The translations under genes were made by a program, and so were the position numbers. 64,000 nucleotides of DNA, taken from contig OZ024741.1 of the NCBI GenBank assembly GCA_964016885.1, positions 313,472,001-313,536,000 of the forward strand. Direction: 5' to 3'. This document shows positions 25,281 to 39,058 of the stretch, in pieces. Source of the DNA: Eledone cirrhosa. Taxonomy: Eukaryota. The notes below the pieces were generated by a model. The model made no database searches. It was not told the DNA's origin and was given only the letters and a program-made list of their open reading frames with translations. The stretch's first letter is position 1. Each line of letters begins with the position of its first letter.

Positions 25281-27762
25281 TTATTATACTTGAGGAGGGT
25301 CATATTGTTGTGATAATTTTGCCAGAAATAATAACAGAAAACACTCACTGTTTGGTTGGTTTTCGCTTTTGTATATTTTATATCTCCATAGTTAATTTAT
25401 TCGGCAATCAATGTTTATCATTGATTGACCAACGGTCAAAAATACAGATATAAATATATATATATAGTTTTAAAAAGTTCTTTCGTTGCACATCTGCAAC
25501 ATCATCAGTGGTACTAATATGTATCCCTCCTGTTGTATTAAAAGTCTACGCCATTTATATTTTATCTGTTTTATTTATTTATTTTTATTTATTTTTGTCT
25601 TCGTCCATGCGCATGCGTTTGCGTGTGTGTATATTGTTTGGTGTGTGAGTTCGCGTTTGGGTGACTGTGTTTTGGTTATTGTATTCTATCTTAGTTTATT
25701 AGTGTGTCTTTATATGTGTTTCTTGTTATTGTGTTTGTGTATATATTCATTTATGTATTTATTTATTTATTTATATTTCTCTTATGTCAGTATTCTTTGT
25801 TTGGGTGTTGGTATTCCATTCATTTTTTGTTTAGCTTTGTCTTTTTAAACTGTGTTTCGCTTTCGTCTTTGATGTGCCTACTTGCTGGCTCATTTCTATA
25901 TGTAGATAATATTTTAATTTCTATGTCTTACCATCATGTTGTTGTCTGGAGTATTCGTATTGTACTGAACGTTTATTTTGCTCTTTTAATTCCCCCCAAT
26001 TTTGGTCTATACATTCTCCTATGCATCGAGCTCTCGCGCCTATGTATGGTGTTGTCATATTTCTGCAAGTAGCCTCTGTACATCTTATGCTATAAACTAC
26101 GTTTCTAGTTTTACAGTTTATCTGGGGATTTACTTTACATATAGCACATTTCTTATTAGTACAGTAGGTTTTCTTAAAAGGGTCTGTTTTGATGATCCGG
26201 GATTGCATGGCGGTTCCTGATTTTTCTAACACTTTCATATTTAAGTAGGTCATTCTCAGGGCCTTTCTGCATTGGCTAGCCAATTTCCCTCCAGGGGTAG
26301 CGTCCACGAGCATGACACTTTGGTATCTCTGGTTGTGGTACCATGAGGTGGTTTTACCTATTTTATGTTTAGTCCTATCTAACATATTCCATGATTTGCT
26401 CCTGTATAATGGGCAAATTCCTTTCATCTCCAGTTCTATGAGGGTCTTATACATCTCAGTGGTTCCTTTGTATGCTCTGATTCTATCTCTTTGGTTGTAG
26501 CCAGAGAAATGCATGTGCTTTATGAAGTGTTGGATGTGTCTTTCCATTTCTGTTGGGTCGCTCATGCGGGACACGTTCTTCATCACTCGTACCAAGTCAG
26601 CGATTAGACTATTAAACTTAGCACTACTGGACATTGCTGTGTATTTGAGTAACAGGTATTTGGAGGCCATGGGTTTAGCGTAGTATGAGTGGAGATTTTG
26701 GGCCTTCACGTATATAGTGTTAATCCAGAGTTCCGTATCTAATACAGGTAGTCTATTATTAGGGTGATTGGAAGGGTATTCAATAGTTACAGTTATACTC
26801 TGGTGTATGGAGTTAGCTATCTGCTGGATTCTTTATTCTAATATATATTCGTTAGTAGTCTCTCGTGGGGGTGTCCTTATTACTATAATAATATTGTCTA
26901 CGTAACGAGAGTACATGGACCTCTCTTGAAGGAGGTTTTGAGTCTCATTTCCCAGCAAACCATAAAAAGGTTGGCAACATCACCAGCTATGTTGATCTAA
27001 ATGGTTGCTGCCTCATTTTGGGTGTAGATCTTTACGTTGAATAGGGTAGTTTTAATACTAGCCCCATTGCATGCGCGACAACTTTTCTTACCTGATCATT
27101 GTTTTTGGGTGTTGGTATGGCTTTAGTCCACCAAATTCACCCTCCCATGGGAGTCTTTTTTGCCATTGAGGTTATGGTGGGTGGTCTACTTCTTATGGGT
27201 TATTAGGGCAGAAACGGCTAAGAACACGGCTGTCTAGGTACTTGGTTTCATAGGTAAATCTAAGTAGGAGGCCCAGTTTATCTGTGTCTACGTCGCAGAC
27301 CACAACCTCACTCTCACTGATTATCTCCACACAAGTTTCCACAGCAAAATCAATGTTAATGTATGGTTATAGAGATACAACATCCATACTGCGTATTATG
27401 CAGTTAGATAGGTTTTTATTTTTGTTGCACTCATTGATTCTGCTGAAGAGGTCTTCTGTACTGTCACATAAATCTGGGGATATCTTGATTAAGGAGCGTA
27501 TAACTACTGAGAGGGACTAGGAGATCCTTTAGTTGCTAGCGATATTGGCTACGCATACAAGTCCTGTTGGTGGATCTGTCGCCGGGTCGTCGAGTATCTT
27601 ATGGTCTTTGAAGAGCACATATAAGGGTGGTATGTCATTGTTAGACGCGTGGATGTTCATAGCAGATGGCTGCTTGGCTTTAGGATGTTGGTCCTCACCA
27701 TCATGTGAGCGTTGACGATCTCCTCTCACCCATCATGTGTTTGTTGTGTAATTTCGCCTGGC
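25281..27762 (-). mobile_element. Penelope-like element family 1 (RT + Cys-rich linker + GIY-YIG), degenerate
   Basis: ORF 25921-26709: RT thumb (YAKPMASKYLL..SSAKFNSL..SGY), then CTNKKCAIC..CKTRNVVYSIRC..YIG GIY-YIG motif. The Cys linker suggests a Neptune-like clade (inference). Confidence 0.8.
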
Positions 27763-27973
27763 GATATATTTGTCTGTATGTGTGTCTGTGTGTGTGTTTG
27801 TGTGTGTGAATGTGTGCGTTCGTGTGTGTGTGCGTGTGTGTGTGCGTGTGGCGTGTGTTTATTTCAAAGTAAAAATGTCGGAAATACATATCGTAGTAAC
27901 TGATAAGATATGGTGTAAATTTGAAGGATTCTATTTGTTGTTTCTTATAATATTGTTTGTTCCTTTCATTATG

Positions 27974-28029
<56 letters not shown>

Positions 28030-28738
28030 TAGATATGTATATATGTATGTATGTATATATGTGTGTGTGTATGTGTGTATGTATGCATTTATATATATAT
28101 ATTTATATATACATATATATATATTTATATATACGTATATATATACAGTATATATTATATATATGTAAAAGTTATTCCGAAATAACAAAACAATCAGTAC
28201 AGTATATGGAAGGGATATATTAGGTTAACGTTTGATATAGCACGAATAGGGTCTCAGCATTTTGGACACTACTCATTCACTAGAAGAAAGAATGAGAAAT
28301 AAAATAGATTGAGGGGAGGGTTGCGATGGAATATGAAAACATGTCATGAGATAAAAATAACAGATTCATTTATGCTGACATCTCTTGCAGTGTGTGTGCG
28401 TGTATGTGTGTGCGTGTTTGTTTATTTAAATGTAAGAATGTCGCAATTACATATCGTAGTAACTGGTAGAATATGGTAAGATTTGGAAGGATTATATATG
28501 TTTTTTTTTTCTTATAATATTGTTTGTTTCTTTCATATTATTCTTTAACTTGCTTTTGACTGAAATAAAAATCCATGTATATTTTTTAGAGGATCGATTT
28601 AATATTCAATAAATATCTAAGTTCATTTGTTTATCACAAGAAATATATAATCTGAAACTTTTGTATGAAATTGTATCATTGATATCTGTATGTAATTAAT
28701 GATATCATCATCATTCTCATATATATTGATAGTTTTAG

Positions 28739-28873
28739 AATGCCCAGTAGGAACGTTTGGTGTTGATTGTAAAGGGACTTGCCATTGTATCAACAATAAT
28801 AACTGTGACAAGCGAAATGGAACATGTTCAGATGGATGTTCTGAAGGTTATATTGGTGTCAATTGCCAAGAAG
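28739..28873 (+). CDS. EGF-like repeat exon, type B', intact
   Basis: ag|...|gtatat, 135 nt; (E)[44 protein letters not shown]. Confidence 0.85.
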
Positions 28874-29060
28874 GTATATCATAAAATTGTTACATGCATA
28901 CTATGCACACACACACACACACACACGCATACACACATATCTATTCATATATATTTATTTACACATAAAAATTATATATATACCGTATATGCCGGTGTAA
29001 AAGATGATCCGCCGAGAATGTCGATGATTAGTGTACACACACACACACACACAGACACAC

Positions 29061-29094
<34 letters not shown>

Positions 29095-29994
29095 TTATAT
29101 ATATACCATATATGACAGTTTAAAAGTCCACCTATCAAATGTTGTGGTGTAATTCAGGTTGAGGCCTATATACGCCGGTTAGACGACACCCCAGGTATAA
29201 GGCATTACCATCTCCCCAGCCGTAGATATGCTTGCCGTTGTTTATTTGCACAAAATATAAAATATGGATATAAAAACTAAATAGTTGTAAAATTAAAATG
29301 CATCTGAGGAAAGTACAACTTGTAAAATTTATTTTTCATTTAACAAAAATATTTGACTGAACTGTTTTATTAGTAAACAACATGCTGCTACACCTTCACT
29401 TGATATGCCGTTTAGCACAAGACCACTTTAATCTTGAAATTTAATATAAAATTGTATATATATATACATATATATATACACAAATACATTTATATATGTA
29501 GCGTATATGCCGGTGTAAAAGTTGATCCGCTGCATATCTCGACCCATCAAATGTTGTGGTATAAATCAGGTTTAGGCCTATATACGCCAGTTTAGACGAT
29601 ACCCCTGGTATAAGGGATTACCTTCTCCACAGACGTAGATATGTTTGCCGTTGTTTATTTGCATGAAATATAAAACATTAAAATAAAGACTAAATAGTTG
29701 TAAAATAAAAATGCATAACAGGAAAGTACAGGTTGCAAGATGTATGTTTCAGTTAACAAAATGGTTTAACTGAACTGTTTTATTAGAAAACAATATCCTA
29801 CCACACGTGACTTGATACGCGGGAATTTAAAAAAACCTCAATATTCCTTATCCAATGTGTATCATCTTAGATGTCGATAAATATCTACTGTCGTCCTGTT
29901 TTGTTTCGTGGTGAAATTAATGTAGTTTTCCGATAATTTAGATAATTCAGTGAATCAGTATACCATTAATATAATAACTATAATATTAATACTA

Positions 29995-30935
29995 ATAGGA
30001 ATCGCTTATGAGGATAATGCAAGCTATTTACAGTGGTGCTGTCAGTAAAGTGACAATAGAAATGGAGTTTAGTGAGGAATTCCAGATACAAGTAGGTGTA
30101 CATCAATGTTCGCTCCACAGCCCAATCTTTTTCATTATCGACAGCCAAGCCATAACAGTGGAGTTTAAGACTGGCTGCCCATTGGAACTTCCATATGCTG
30201 ATGATCTGGTTCTTATAGCAGATTCAGTAGAGGAGCTAGAGAATAAATTCTGGCTATGGAAACAGCAATTTGAATCAAGAGGCCTGAGAGTGAACATAGC
30301 TAAAACAAAAGTGTTGATAAGTGGAAGAGAGGACAATGATCTGATTCCCTCATGGAATTGGCCATGTTAGATATATAGGAAAGGAACTGGCATCAATTCC
30401 ATAAAATGTACACAATGCTGATCTTGGAGACACAATAGATGTAGTGGGATAGCAGGCAAACTAGCAGGTAGGGAAAACTTCGTATGCAATAGATGTACAG
30501 GGAAAGTTGACAGTAGTAATCACTGTGATAGACTCATTTTTCCAATGCAGGTGGGTTCTATAGAAGTGGTTGTTAGCTTCCGGTACCCAGGTGATAAGAT
30601 ACGCATGGGAGGAGGGTGTTTCGCGTCCATATTATCTAGAATAAGGACGGGTTGAAAGAAGTTTAAGGAGTTTCGCCCTGTTTTGTTTCGTGGGGAAATT
30701 ACAGTAGTTTTCCGATAATTTAGATAATTCAGTGAAACAGTATACCATTAACATAGTAACTATAATATTAATACAAATAGGACCGCTTCTGAGGACAATG
30801 CAAGCTATGTACAGAGGTGCGGTCAGTAAAGTAACAATTGAAATGGAGTTTAGTGAGGAATTCCAGATACACATAGGTGTACATCAAGGTTCTCTCCTCA
30901 GCCCAAACTTGTTCATTATAGTCCCCCAACCATAA
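29995..30935 (+). mobile_element. Two partial RTE-type LINE fragments (29995-30676, 30777-30935)
   Basis: GVHQ..SP and YADDLVL motifs, separated by a re-duplicated piece of intron. Confidence 0.7.
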
Positions 30936-31141
30936 CATAATATTATTAACATTGCATTTAATTGAACTAAAAATCCTAGTATTGTTTATAAAGGATCGAT
31001 ATAATATTCAATAAATCTACAACTTCATTTGTTTAGCACAATACCAGATTTAATCTTGAAATTTAATATAAAATTATATCATTGATATATGTATGTAATT
31101 AATGATATCTTCAACATTATCATATATCTTGATAAATTTAG

Positions 31142-31276
31142 AATGCCCAGAAGGAAAGTTTGGTCTTGCTTGTAATAGGACCTGCCATTGTATCAACAAC
31201 GCGAACTGTGACAAGCGATATGGAATATGTTTAGATGGATGTTCTGCTGGTTATACTGGTTACAATTGCCAAGAAG
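31142..31276 (+). CDS. EGF-like repeat exon, type A', intact
   Basis: ag|...|gt, 135 nt; (E)[44 protein letters not shown]. Confidence 0.85.
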
Positions 31277-31305
31277 GTATCTCATATAATTTTTACGCAA
31301 GTATT

Positions 31306-31473
<168 letters not shown>

Positions 31474-31481
31474 CACACACA

Positions 31482-31521
<40 letters not shown>

Positions 31522-31955
31522 GTATATGCCGGTGTAAAAGTTGATCCGCTGCATATCTCGACCTAATCAAATCATGTGGTAAAAATCAGGTTTAGGCCTA
31601 TACACCCCAGTTTAGACGACAACATTGGTATAAAGGATTACCTTCTCCTCAGCCGTAGATATGTTTGCCGTTGTTTATTTGCATTAAACAGAAAACATTA
31701 AAATCAAAACTAAATAGTTGTAAAATAAAAAATGCATGTGAAGAAAGTAAAAGTTGCAAAATTTATTTTTCAGTTAACAAAATGATTTAACTGAACTGAT
31801 TTATTAGTAAACAATATCCTACGACACCGTGACTTAATACGCGTGAATTTTAAAAACCTAAATATTCCTTATCCAATGTGTATCTGCTTAGATGACGATA
31901 TATATTTAATTTCGTCCTGTTTAGTTTCATGGGAAACTACAGTAGTTTTCCAAAA

Positions 31956-32505
31956 GCATGGGAGGAGGGTGTTCCGCGTCCTTAGTATCTAGAATAAGGA
32001 CGAATTGGAAGGAGTTTATGGAGCTTCTTCCTCTGTTGACAAAGACGCGTTTCTCCATGCGTACAAAGGGACGGTTATATGATATCTGTGTGAGATGAAT
32101 GGTTGCTGCATGGTAGTTAGAAATGGATAGCAACTGCTGAAGTTAAGCGACGGCTTAAGAGAAATGAAGCAAGTATGCTCCATTGGATGTGCAATTTTAA
32201 TATGCGTGAACGACAAAACATAGACGCGTTGAGAAGGAAACTGGGTATAATAGGGATAAGTTGTTGTGTGCAGGAGAGAAGGCTGACATGGTATGGGCAT
32301 ATGATGTGCATGGAGGTTGAGCGCTGGGTGAAGAAGTGCCAGGAAGTCCAAGTGGAGGGAAGACGCAGTAGGGGTAGACCACGAAGAACATGTGCGGGGC
32401 TGGTGCAAGTCAACAAGGAGATAACAAAGGACCGTGCCAAGTGAGAAGATGCTGTGCTGAATAGGACCCGTCCAACCATTGCTAGCTGGGAAAAACGGGC
32501 GGAAA
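31956..32505 (+). mobile_element. RTE-type LINE 3' fragment
   Basis: Same deletion junction as the 2803 copy. Confidence 0.7.
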
Positions 32506-32551
32506 AATTATAATAAATAAAACTGCTTGTGAAGAAAGTACAATTTAGAAA

Positions 32552-32660
<109 letters not shown>

Positions 32661-33154
32661 TAAAGTTAAAAATGTCGCAAATACATATCGTATTGACTGA
32701 TAAAATATGGTGTAAATTTGAAGGTTTATATATGTTGTTTCTCGTGGTATTGTTTCTTTCATTATGTTGTATATATATATATTATATGTATATATATGTA
32801 TGTATGTATGTATGTATATATAAGTATGTATGTATATATGTGTGTGTGTATGTATAAGTATGTATGTATATATGTGTGTGTGTATGTGTGTATGTATGCA
32901 TTTATATATATATATATATAACATATATATATATACAGTATATATTATATATATGTAAAAGGTAAACGGAAATAACAAGAGAATCGGTACAGTATATGGA
33001 AGGGATATATTATGGTTAACGTTTGATATAGAAGGAATAGCGTCTCAGCATTTTGGACACTAGTCCTTCATTAGAAGAAACAATGAGAAATAAAATAGAT
33101 CGAGGGGGCAGTTGAATTGGAATTGGAATAAAAATAAAAATAACAGGTTCATCT

Positions 33155-33208
33155 GAACATGTTCAGATGGACGTTCTGCAGGTTATATTGGTGTCAATTG
33201 CCAAGAAG
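33155..33208 (+). pseudogene. 5'-truncated type B EGF exon remnant
   Basis: Only GAACATGTTCAGATGG...CAAGAAG remains, fused to upstream intron; donor mutated to ct. Confidence 0.8.
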
Positions 33209-33256
33209 CTATCTCATAAACTTGTTACGTACTTACTATACACACACACATTCACG

Positions 33257-33287
<31 letters not shown>

Positions 33288-34153
33288 ATACACACACATA
33301 CCCATGCACACGCACATACACACACACACACACACCCACACACACACATCTATTCGTATATATTTAATTATATATGAAAAAATTATATATATACATTATA
33401 TGCCGGTATGAAAGTTGATGCGCTGCATAAGTCGGCCCATCAAGTTTTGTGGTGTAATTCAGATTGAGGCCTATATACGCCGGTTGAGACGGCACCCCAG
33501 GTATAAGGCTTTACCATCTCCTCAGCCGTAGATATGCTTGCCGTTGTTTATTTGCACAAAATATAAAATATGGAAATAAACACTAAATAGTTGTAAAATT
33601 AAAATGTATGTGAGGACAGTACAATTTGTAAAATTTATATTTCATTTCACAAATAGATTTAACTGAATTGTTTTATTAGTAAACAACATGCTACCACACC
33701 GTCACTTGATATGCGCTAATTTAAAAAACCTAAATATTCCTTATCCAATGTGTATCAGCATTACATGGCGATATATTTTTATTTCCACCTTTTTGTTTTG
33801 TTGGGAAATCACAGCTGATTTTCCAACAGTTTCGATAATTCAGTGAATCAGTATACCATTAATCTTATAACTATGATATTCATGATAGTATTATATCTAT
33901 TTTGGAAGGATTATACATGTTGTTTTTCTAATAATATTGTTTGTTTCTTTCATAATGTTTTTAACATTGCATTTAACTGAACTAAAAATCCATCTATAAT
34001 TTATAGAATATCGATAATATTCAATATTTCTACAAGTTAATTCATTTATCCCAAGCCCACTTTAATCTTGAAATTTGCTATCAAATCGTATCATTGTTTT
34101 TTGTATGTAATTAATGATATCTTCTACTTTATCATATATATTGATAATTTTAG

Positions 34154-34288
34154 AATGCCGAGAAGGAAAGTTTGGTGTTGCTTGTTATGGGACCTGCCAT
34201 TGTATCAACAACATGAACTGTGACAAGCGAAATGGAACATGTTTAGATGGATGTTCCGCAGGTTATGCTGGTGTCAATTGCCAAGAAG
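34154..34288 (+). CDS. EGF-like repeat exon, C/D chimera, intact
   Basis: ag|...|gtattg, 135 nt; (E)[44 protein letters not shown]. Confidence 0.85.
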
Positions 34289-34364
34289 GTATTGTTACGT
34301 AATTATTATACACACGCACACACACATGCACACACACCCCCACGCACAAACACACAAATATACA

Positions 34365-34493
<129 letters not shown>

Positions 34494-34898
34494 TATATAT
34501 GTATAAAAAAATATATATATGTATATGTATATTTATAGCTAACAAACTTGAAACTAGTACATCGTTCCTGTGTCATTGTTGAACAAAAAGGTGACGTGGT
34601 TGCCTGTACACTGTACGGCGTAAATTAGGCTGTTCGTTTGTTTACAAACGGACAAAGCGAACATTATAACAAATGTACGGTAAACTGATACTTGCATATA
34701 TATATATGTGTGCCTGTATATATATATATATATATATATATTGGAATAATTGCTCTGAAATAGCGATATATATGTGAATATAGACATAGAATATTCGAAA
34801 ATATTCTGTATGTTTATAATAAACATTTTGAAGACCTAATCGCTATAGAATAGAATACGTCACGTATTACAATTAGATTCTCGATAAAAGCAAGGGAA

Positions 34899-34941
34899 GT
34901 AATCTACGCGTTTCATTCTTGTTAGAAATCATCAGGACTAC
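34899..34941 (-). ncRNA. Type I hammerhead ribozyme, family 1, inverted copy (second inverted copy 35199-35241)
   Basis: gtaatctacgcgtttcattcttgttagaaatcatcaggactac is the exact reverse complement of the + strand motif. Confidence 0.85.
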
Positions 34942-35276
34942 ATATCCAGTGCTTTTATCGAGAATGACACAGCTAGAGACTTATAGAATACTTAGCTGTG
35001 TACAGGAACTGGTTTGAAAGAGCGGTTGCCGGTCCGGCAGAAATTTGAAATTGGAATAAATGCTCTGAAATAGCGATATATATGTGAATATAGACATAGA
35101 ATATTCTGTATGTTTATAATAAACATTTTGAAGACCTAATCGCTATAGAATAGAATACGTCACGTATTACAATTAGATTCTCGATAAAAGCAAGGGAAGT
35201 AATCTACGCGTTTCATTCTTGTTAGAAATCATCAGGACTACATATCCAGTGCTTTTATCGAGAATGCACTGGATAT

Positions 35277-35319
35277 GTAGTCCTGATGATTTCTAACAAG
35301 AATGAAACGCGTAGATTAC
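35277..35319 (+). ncRNA. Type I hammerhead ribozyme, family 1 (identical copies at 35587, 35897, 36207, 36517, 36827, 37137)
   Basis: GTAGTC-CTGATGA-t-TTCT-aaca-AGAA-t-GAAA-CGCG-TA-GATTAC. Helix I is GTAGTC/GATTAC, the core is intact, helix III is the palindrome ACGCGT, and the GUA cleavage triplet is at 35311-35313. Confidence 0.85.
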
Positions 35320-37907
35320 TTCCCTTGCTTTTATCGAGAATCTAATTGTAATACGTGACGTATTCTATTCTATAGCGATTAGGTCTTCAAAATGTTTATT
35401 ATAAACATACAGAATATTTTCGAATATTCTATGTCTATATTCACATATATATCGCTATTTCAGAGCATTTATTCCAATTTCTAATTTCTGCCGGACCGGC
35501 AACCGCTCTTTCAAACCAGTTCCTGTACACAGCTAAGTATTCTATAAGTCTCTAGCTGTGTCATTCTCGATAAAAGCACTGGATATGTAGTCCTGATGAT
35601 TTCTAACAAGAATGAAACGCGTAGATTACTTCCCTTGCTTTTATCGAGAATCTAATTGTAATACGTGACGTATTCTATTCTATAGCGATTAGGTCTTCAA
35701 AATGTTTATTATAAACATACAGAATATTTTCGAATATTCTATGTCTATATTCACATATATATCGCTATTTCAGAGCATTTATTCCAATTTCTAATTTCTG
35801 CCGGACCGGCAACCGCTCTTTCAAACCAGTTCCTGTACACAGCTAAGTATTCTATAAGTCTCTAGCTGTGTCATTCTCGATAAAAGCACTGGATATGTAG
35901 TCCTGATGATTTCTAACAAGAATGAAACGCGTAGATTACTTCCCTTGCTTTTATCGAGAATCTAATTGTAATACGTGACGTATTCTATTCTATAGCGATT
36001 AGGTCTTCAAAATGTTTATTATAAACATACAGAATATTTTCGAATATTCTATGTCTATATTCACATATATATCGCTATTTCAGAGCATTTATTCCAATTT
36101 CTAATTTCTGCCGGACCGGCAACCGCTCTTTCAAACCAGTTCCTGTACACAGCTAAGTATTCTATAAGTCTCTAGCTGTGTCATTCTCGATAAAAGCACT
36201 GGATATGTAGTCCTGATGATTTCTAACAAGAATGAAACGCGTAGATTACTTCCCTTGCTTTTATCGAGAATCTAATTGTAATACGTGACGTATTCTATTC
36301 TATAGCGATTAGGTCTTCAAAATGTTTATTATAAACATACAGAATATTTTCGAATATTCTATGTCTATATTCACATATATATCGCTATTTCAGAGCATTT
36401 ATTCCAATTTCTAATTTCTGCCGGACCGGCAACCGCTCTTTCAAACCAGTTCCTGTACACAGCTAAGTATTCTATAAGTCTCTAGCTGTGTCATTCTCGA
36501 TAAAAGCACTGGATATGTAGTCCTGATGATTTCTAACAAGAATGAAACGCGTAGATTACTTCCCTTGCTTTTATCGAGAATCTAATTGTAATACGTGACG
36601 TATTCTATTCTATAGCGATTAGGTCTTCAAAATGTTTATTATAAACATACAGAATATTTTCGAATATTCTATGTCTATATTCACATATATATCGCTATTT
36701 CAGAGCATTTATTCCAATTTCTAATTTCTGCCGGACCGGCAACCGCTCTTTCAAACCAGTTCCTGTACACAGCTAAGTATTCTATAAGTCTCTAGCTGTG
36801 TCATTCTCGATAAAAGCACTGGATATGTAGTCCTGATGATTTCTAACAAGAATGAAACGCGTAGATTACTTCCCTTGCTTTTATCGAGAATCTAATTGTA
36901 ATACGTGACGTATTCTATTCTATAGCGATTAGGTCTTCAAAATGTTTATTATAAACATACAGAATATTTTCGAATATTCTATGTCTATATTCACATATAT
37001 ATCGCTATTTCAGAGCATTTATTCCAATTTCTAATTTCTGCCGGACCGGCAACCGCTCTTTCAAACCAGTTCCTGTACACAGCTAAGTATTCTATAAGTC
37101 TCTAGCTGTGTCATTCTCGATAAAAGCACTGGATATGTAGTCCTGATGATTTCTAACAAGAATGAAACGCGTAGATTACTTCCCTTGCTTTTATCGAGAA
37201 TCTAATTGTAATACGTGACGTATTCTATTCTATAGCGATTAGGCCTTCAAAATGTTTATTATAAACATACAGAATATTTTCGAATATTCTATGTCTATAT
37301 TCATATATATATATATATATATACATGCTTCTGTACGTCTGTATACATATATGTATGTACGTATACATACATACTTACATTTGAATATATATATGTATAT
37401 ACGTAAATACATTTATATATATACCGTATATGCCGGTGTAAAAGTTGTTCCACTGCATATGTCGACCATTCAAATTTTGTGGTACAAATCAGGTTTAGAC
37501 CTATATACGCCAGTTTAGACGACACCCCTTGTATAATGGATTACCTTCTCCCCAGCCGTAGATATATTTGCGGTTGTTTATTTGCATAAAACAGAAAACA
37601 TTAACATAAACACTAATTGTAAAATAAAAATGCATGTGAAGAAAATACAAGTTGCAAAATGTATGTTTCAGTTAACAAAATGAATTAACTGAACTGTTTT
37701 ATTAGTAAACAATATCCTACCACACCGTGACTTGATACGCGGAAATTTTAAAAACCTAAGTATTCCTTATTCAATGTCTATCAGCTTAGATGGCGATATA
37801 TATTTACTTTCGTCCTGTTATGTTTCGTGGGTAAATTACAGTAGTTTTTCCATAATTTAGATAATTCAGTGAATCAGTATAACATTAATATAATAATTAA
37901 TACTTAC

Positions 37908-39058
37908 AGGAATCGCTTGTGAGGACAATGTATGCAATGTACAGGGGTGCTGTATGTAAAGTGATAATAGAAATGTAGTTTGAGAGGAATTCCATATAAA
38001 AGTAGATGTACATCAAGGTTCGCTCCCCAGCCCAATCTTGTTCATTATAGTCCTCCAAGCCATAACAGAGGAATTTAAGTCTGGCTGCCCATGGAATCTT
38101 CTCTATGCTGATGATTTGGTTCTTATAGCAGATTCAGTAGAGGAGCTAGAGAATAAATTATGTCTATGGAAACAGCTGTTGGAATCAAGACGCCTGAGAC
38201 TGAACATAGCTAAACAAAAGCGTTGACAAGTAGAATAGAGGACAATGCCCTCCGTGGAATTGGCCATGATGGATATATAGGAAAGGAACTGAGATAAATT
38301 CCATAAAATCTACGCAATGCTGATCTTGGAGACACAAGAGATGTAGTGGGAGAGCGGGCAAACTAACAGGTAGGGAAAACTACGTATGCAATAGAGGTAC
38401 AGCGAAAGTTGGCAGTAGTACTTGCTGTGATAGACTTATTTTTCCAAAGCAGGTGGGTTCTATAGAAGAGGTTGTTCGCTTCCGGTACCTAGGTGATGAA
38501 TGATATAAGCATGGGAGGAGGGTGTTCCGCGTCCATCTAGAATAAGGACGGGTTGGATGAAGTTTTGGAGCTACTTCCTCTGTTGAGAAAAAGGCGTTTC
38601 TCCCTGCGTAGAAAATGACGGTTATATGATACATGTGTGAGATGCGAGGATGCTCCATGGTAGTTAACAATGGACAGCAACTGCTGAAGATTTGCGACGG
38701 CTGGAGAGAAATGAAGCAAGTATGCAACGTTGGATGTGCAATTTTAACGTGCGTGAACGACCAAGCATAGACGAGTTGAGAAGGAAACTGGGTATGATAG
38801 GGATAAGTTGTGGTGTGCAGGAGAGAAGGCTGACATGGTATGGACATATGATGTGCATGGAGGATGATCGGTGGGTGAAGAAGTGCCAGGAAGTCCAAGT
38901 GGAGCGAAAACGCAGTGGAGGTATACCACGAAAAACATGGGCGGTGCCGGTGAAACTCACCAAGGAGATGACAAAGGACCGTAACAGGTTGGGCGATGCT
39001 GTGCTGAATAGAACCCGTCCAACTATTGTAAACAGGGGAAAGCGGGCGGAAAATGATA
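37908..39058 (+). mobile_element. RTE-type LINE fragment
   Basis: YADD and RLTWYGH motifs. Confidence 0.75.

Larger units (their letters stand above)
34741..37303. repeat. 310-bp tandem array with 5' inversion, retrozyme-like (one hammerhead per unit)
   Basis: ggatatgtagtcctgatga recurs at 35271, 35581, 35891, 36201, 36511, 36821 and 37131 (period 310). 34741-35265 is about 1.7 units in reverse orientation. (TA)n on both flanks; no meaningful ORF. Confidence 0.95.

Noticed and set aside
35266-37303. CRISPR-like array or ordinary satellite
   Set aside because: Units are identical over their whole length, with no unique spacers and no cas genes, in a eukaryotic context. The hammerhead core and inversion argue against a plain satellite.
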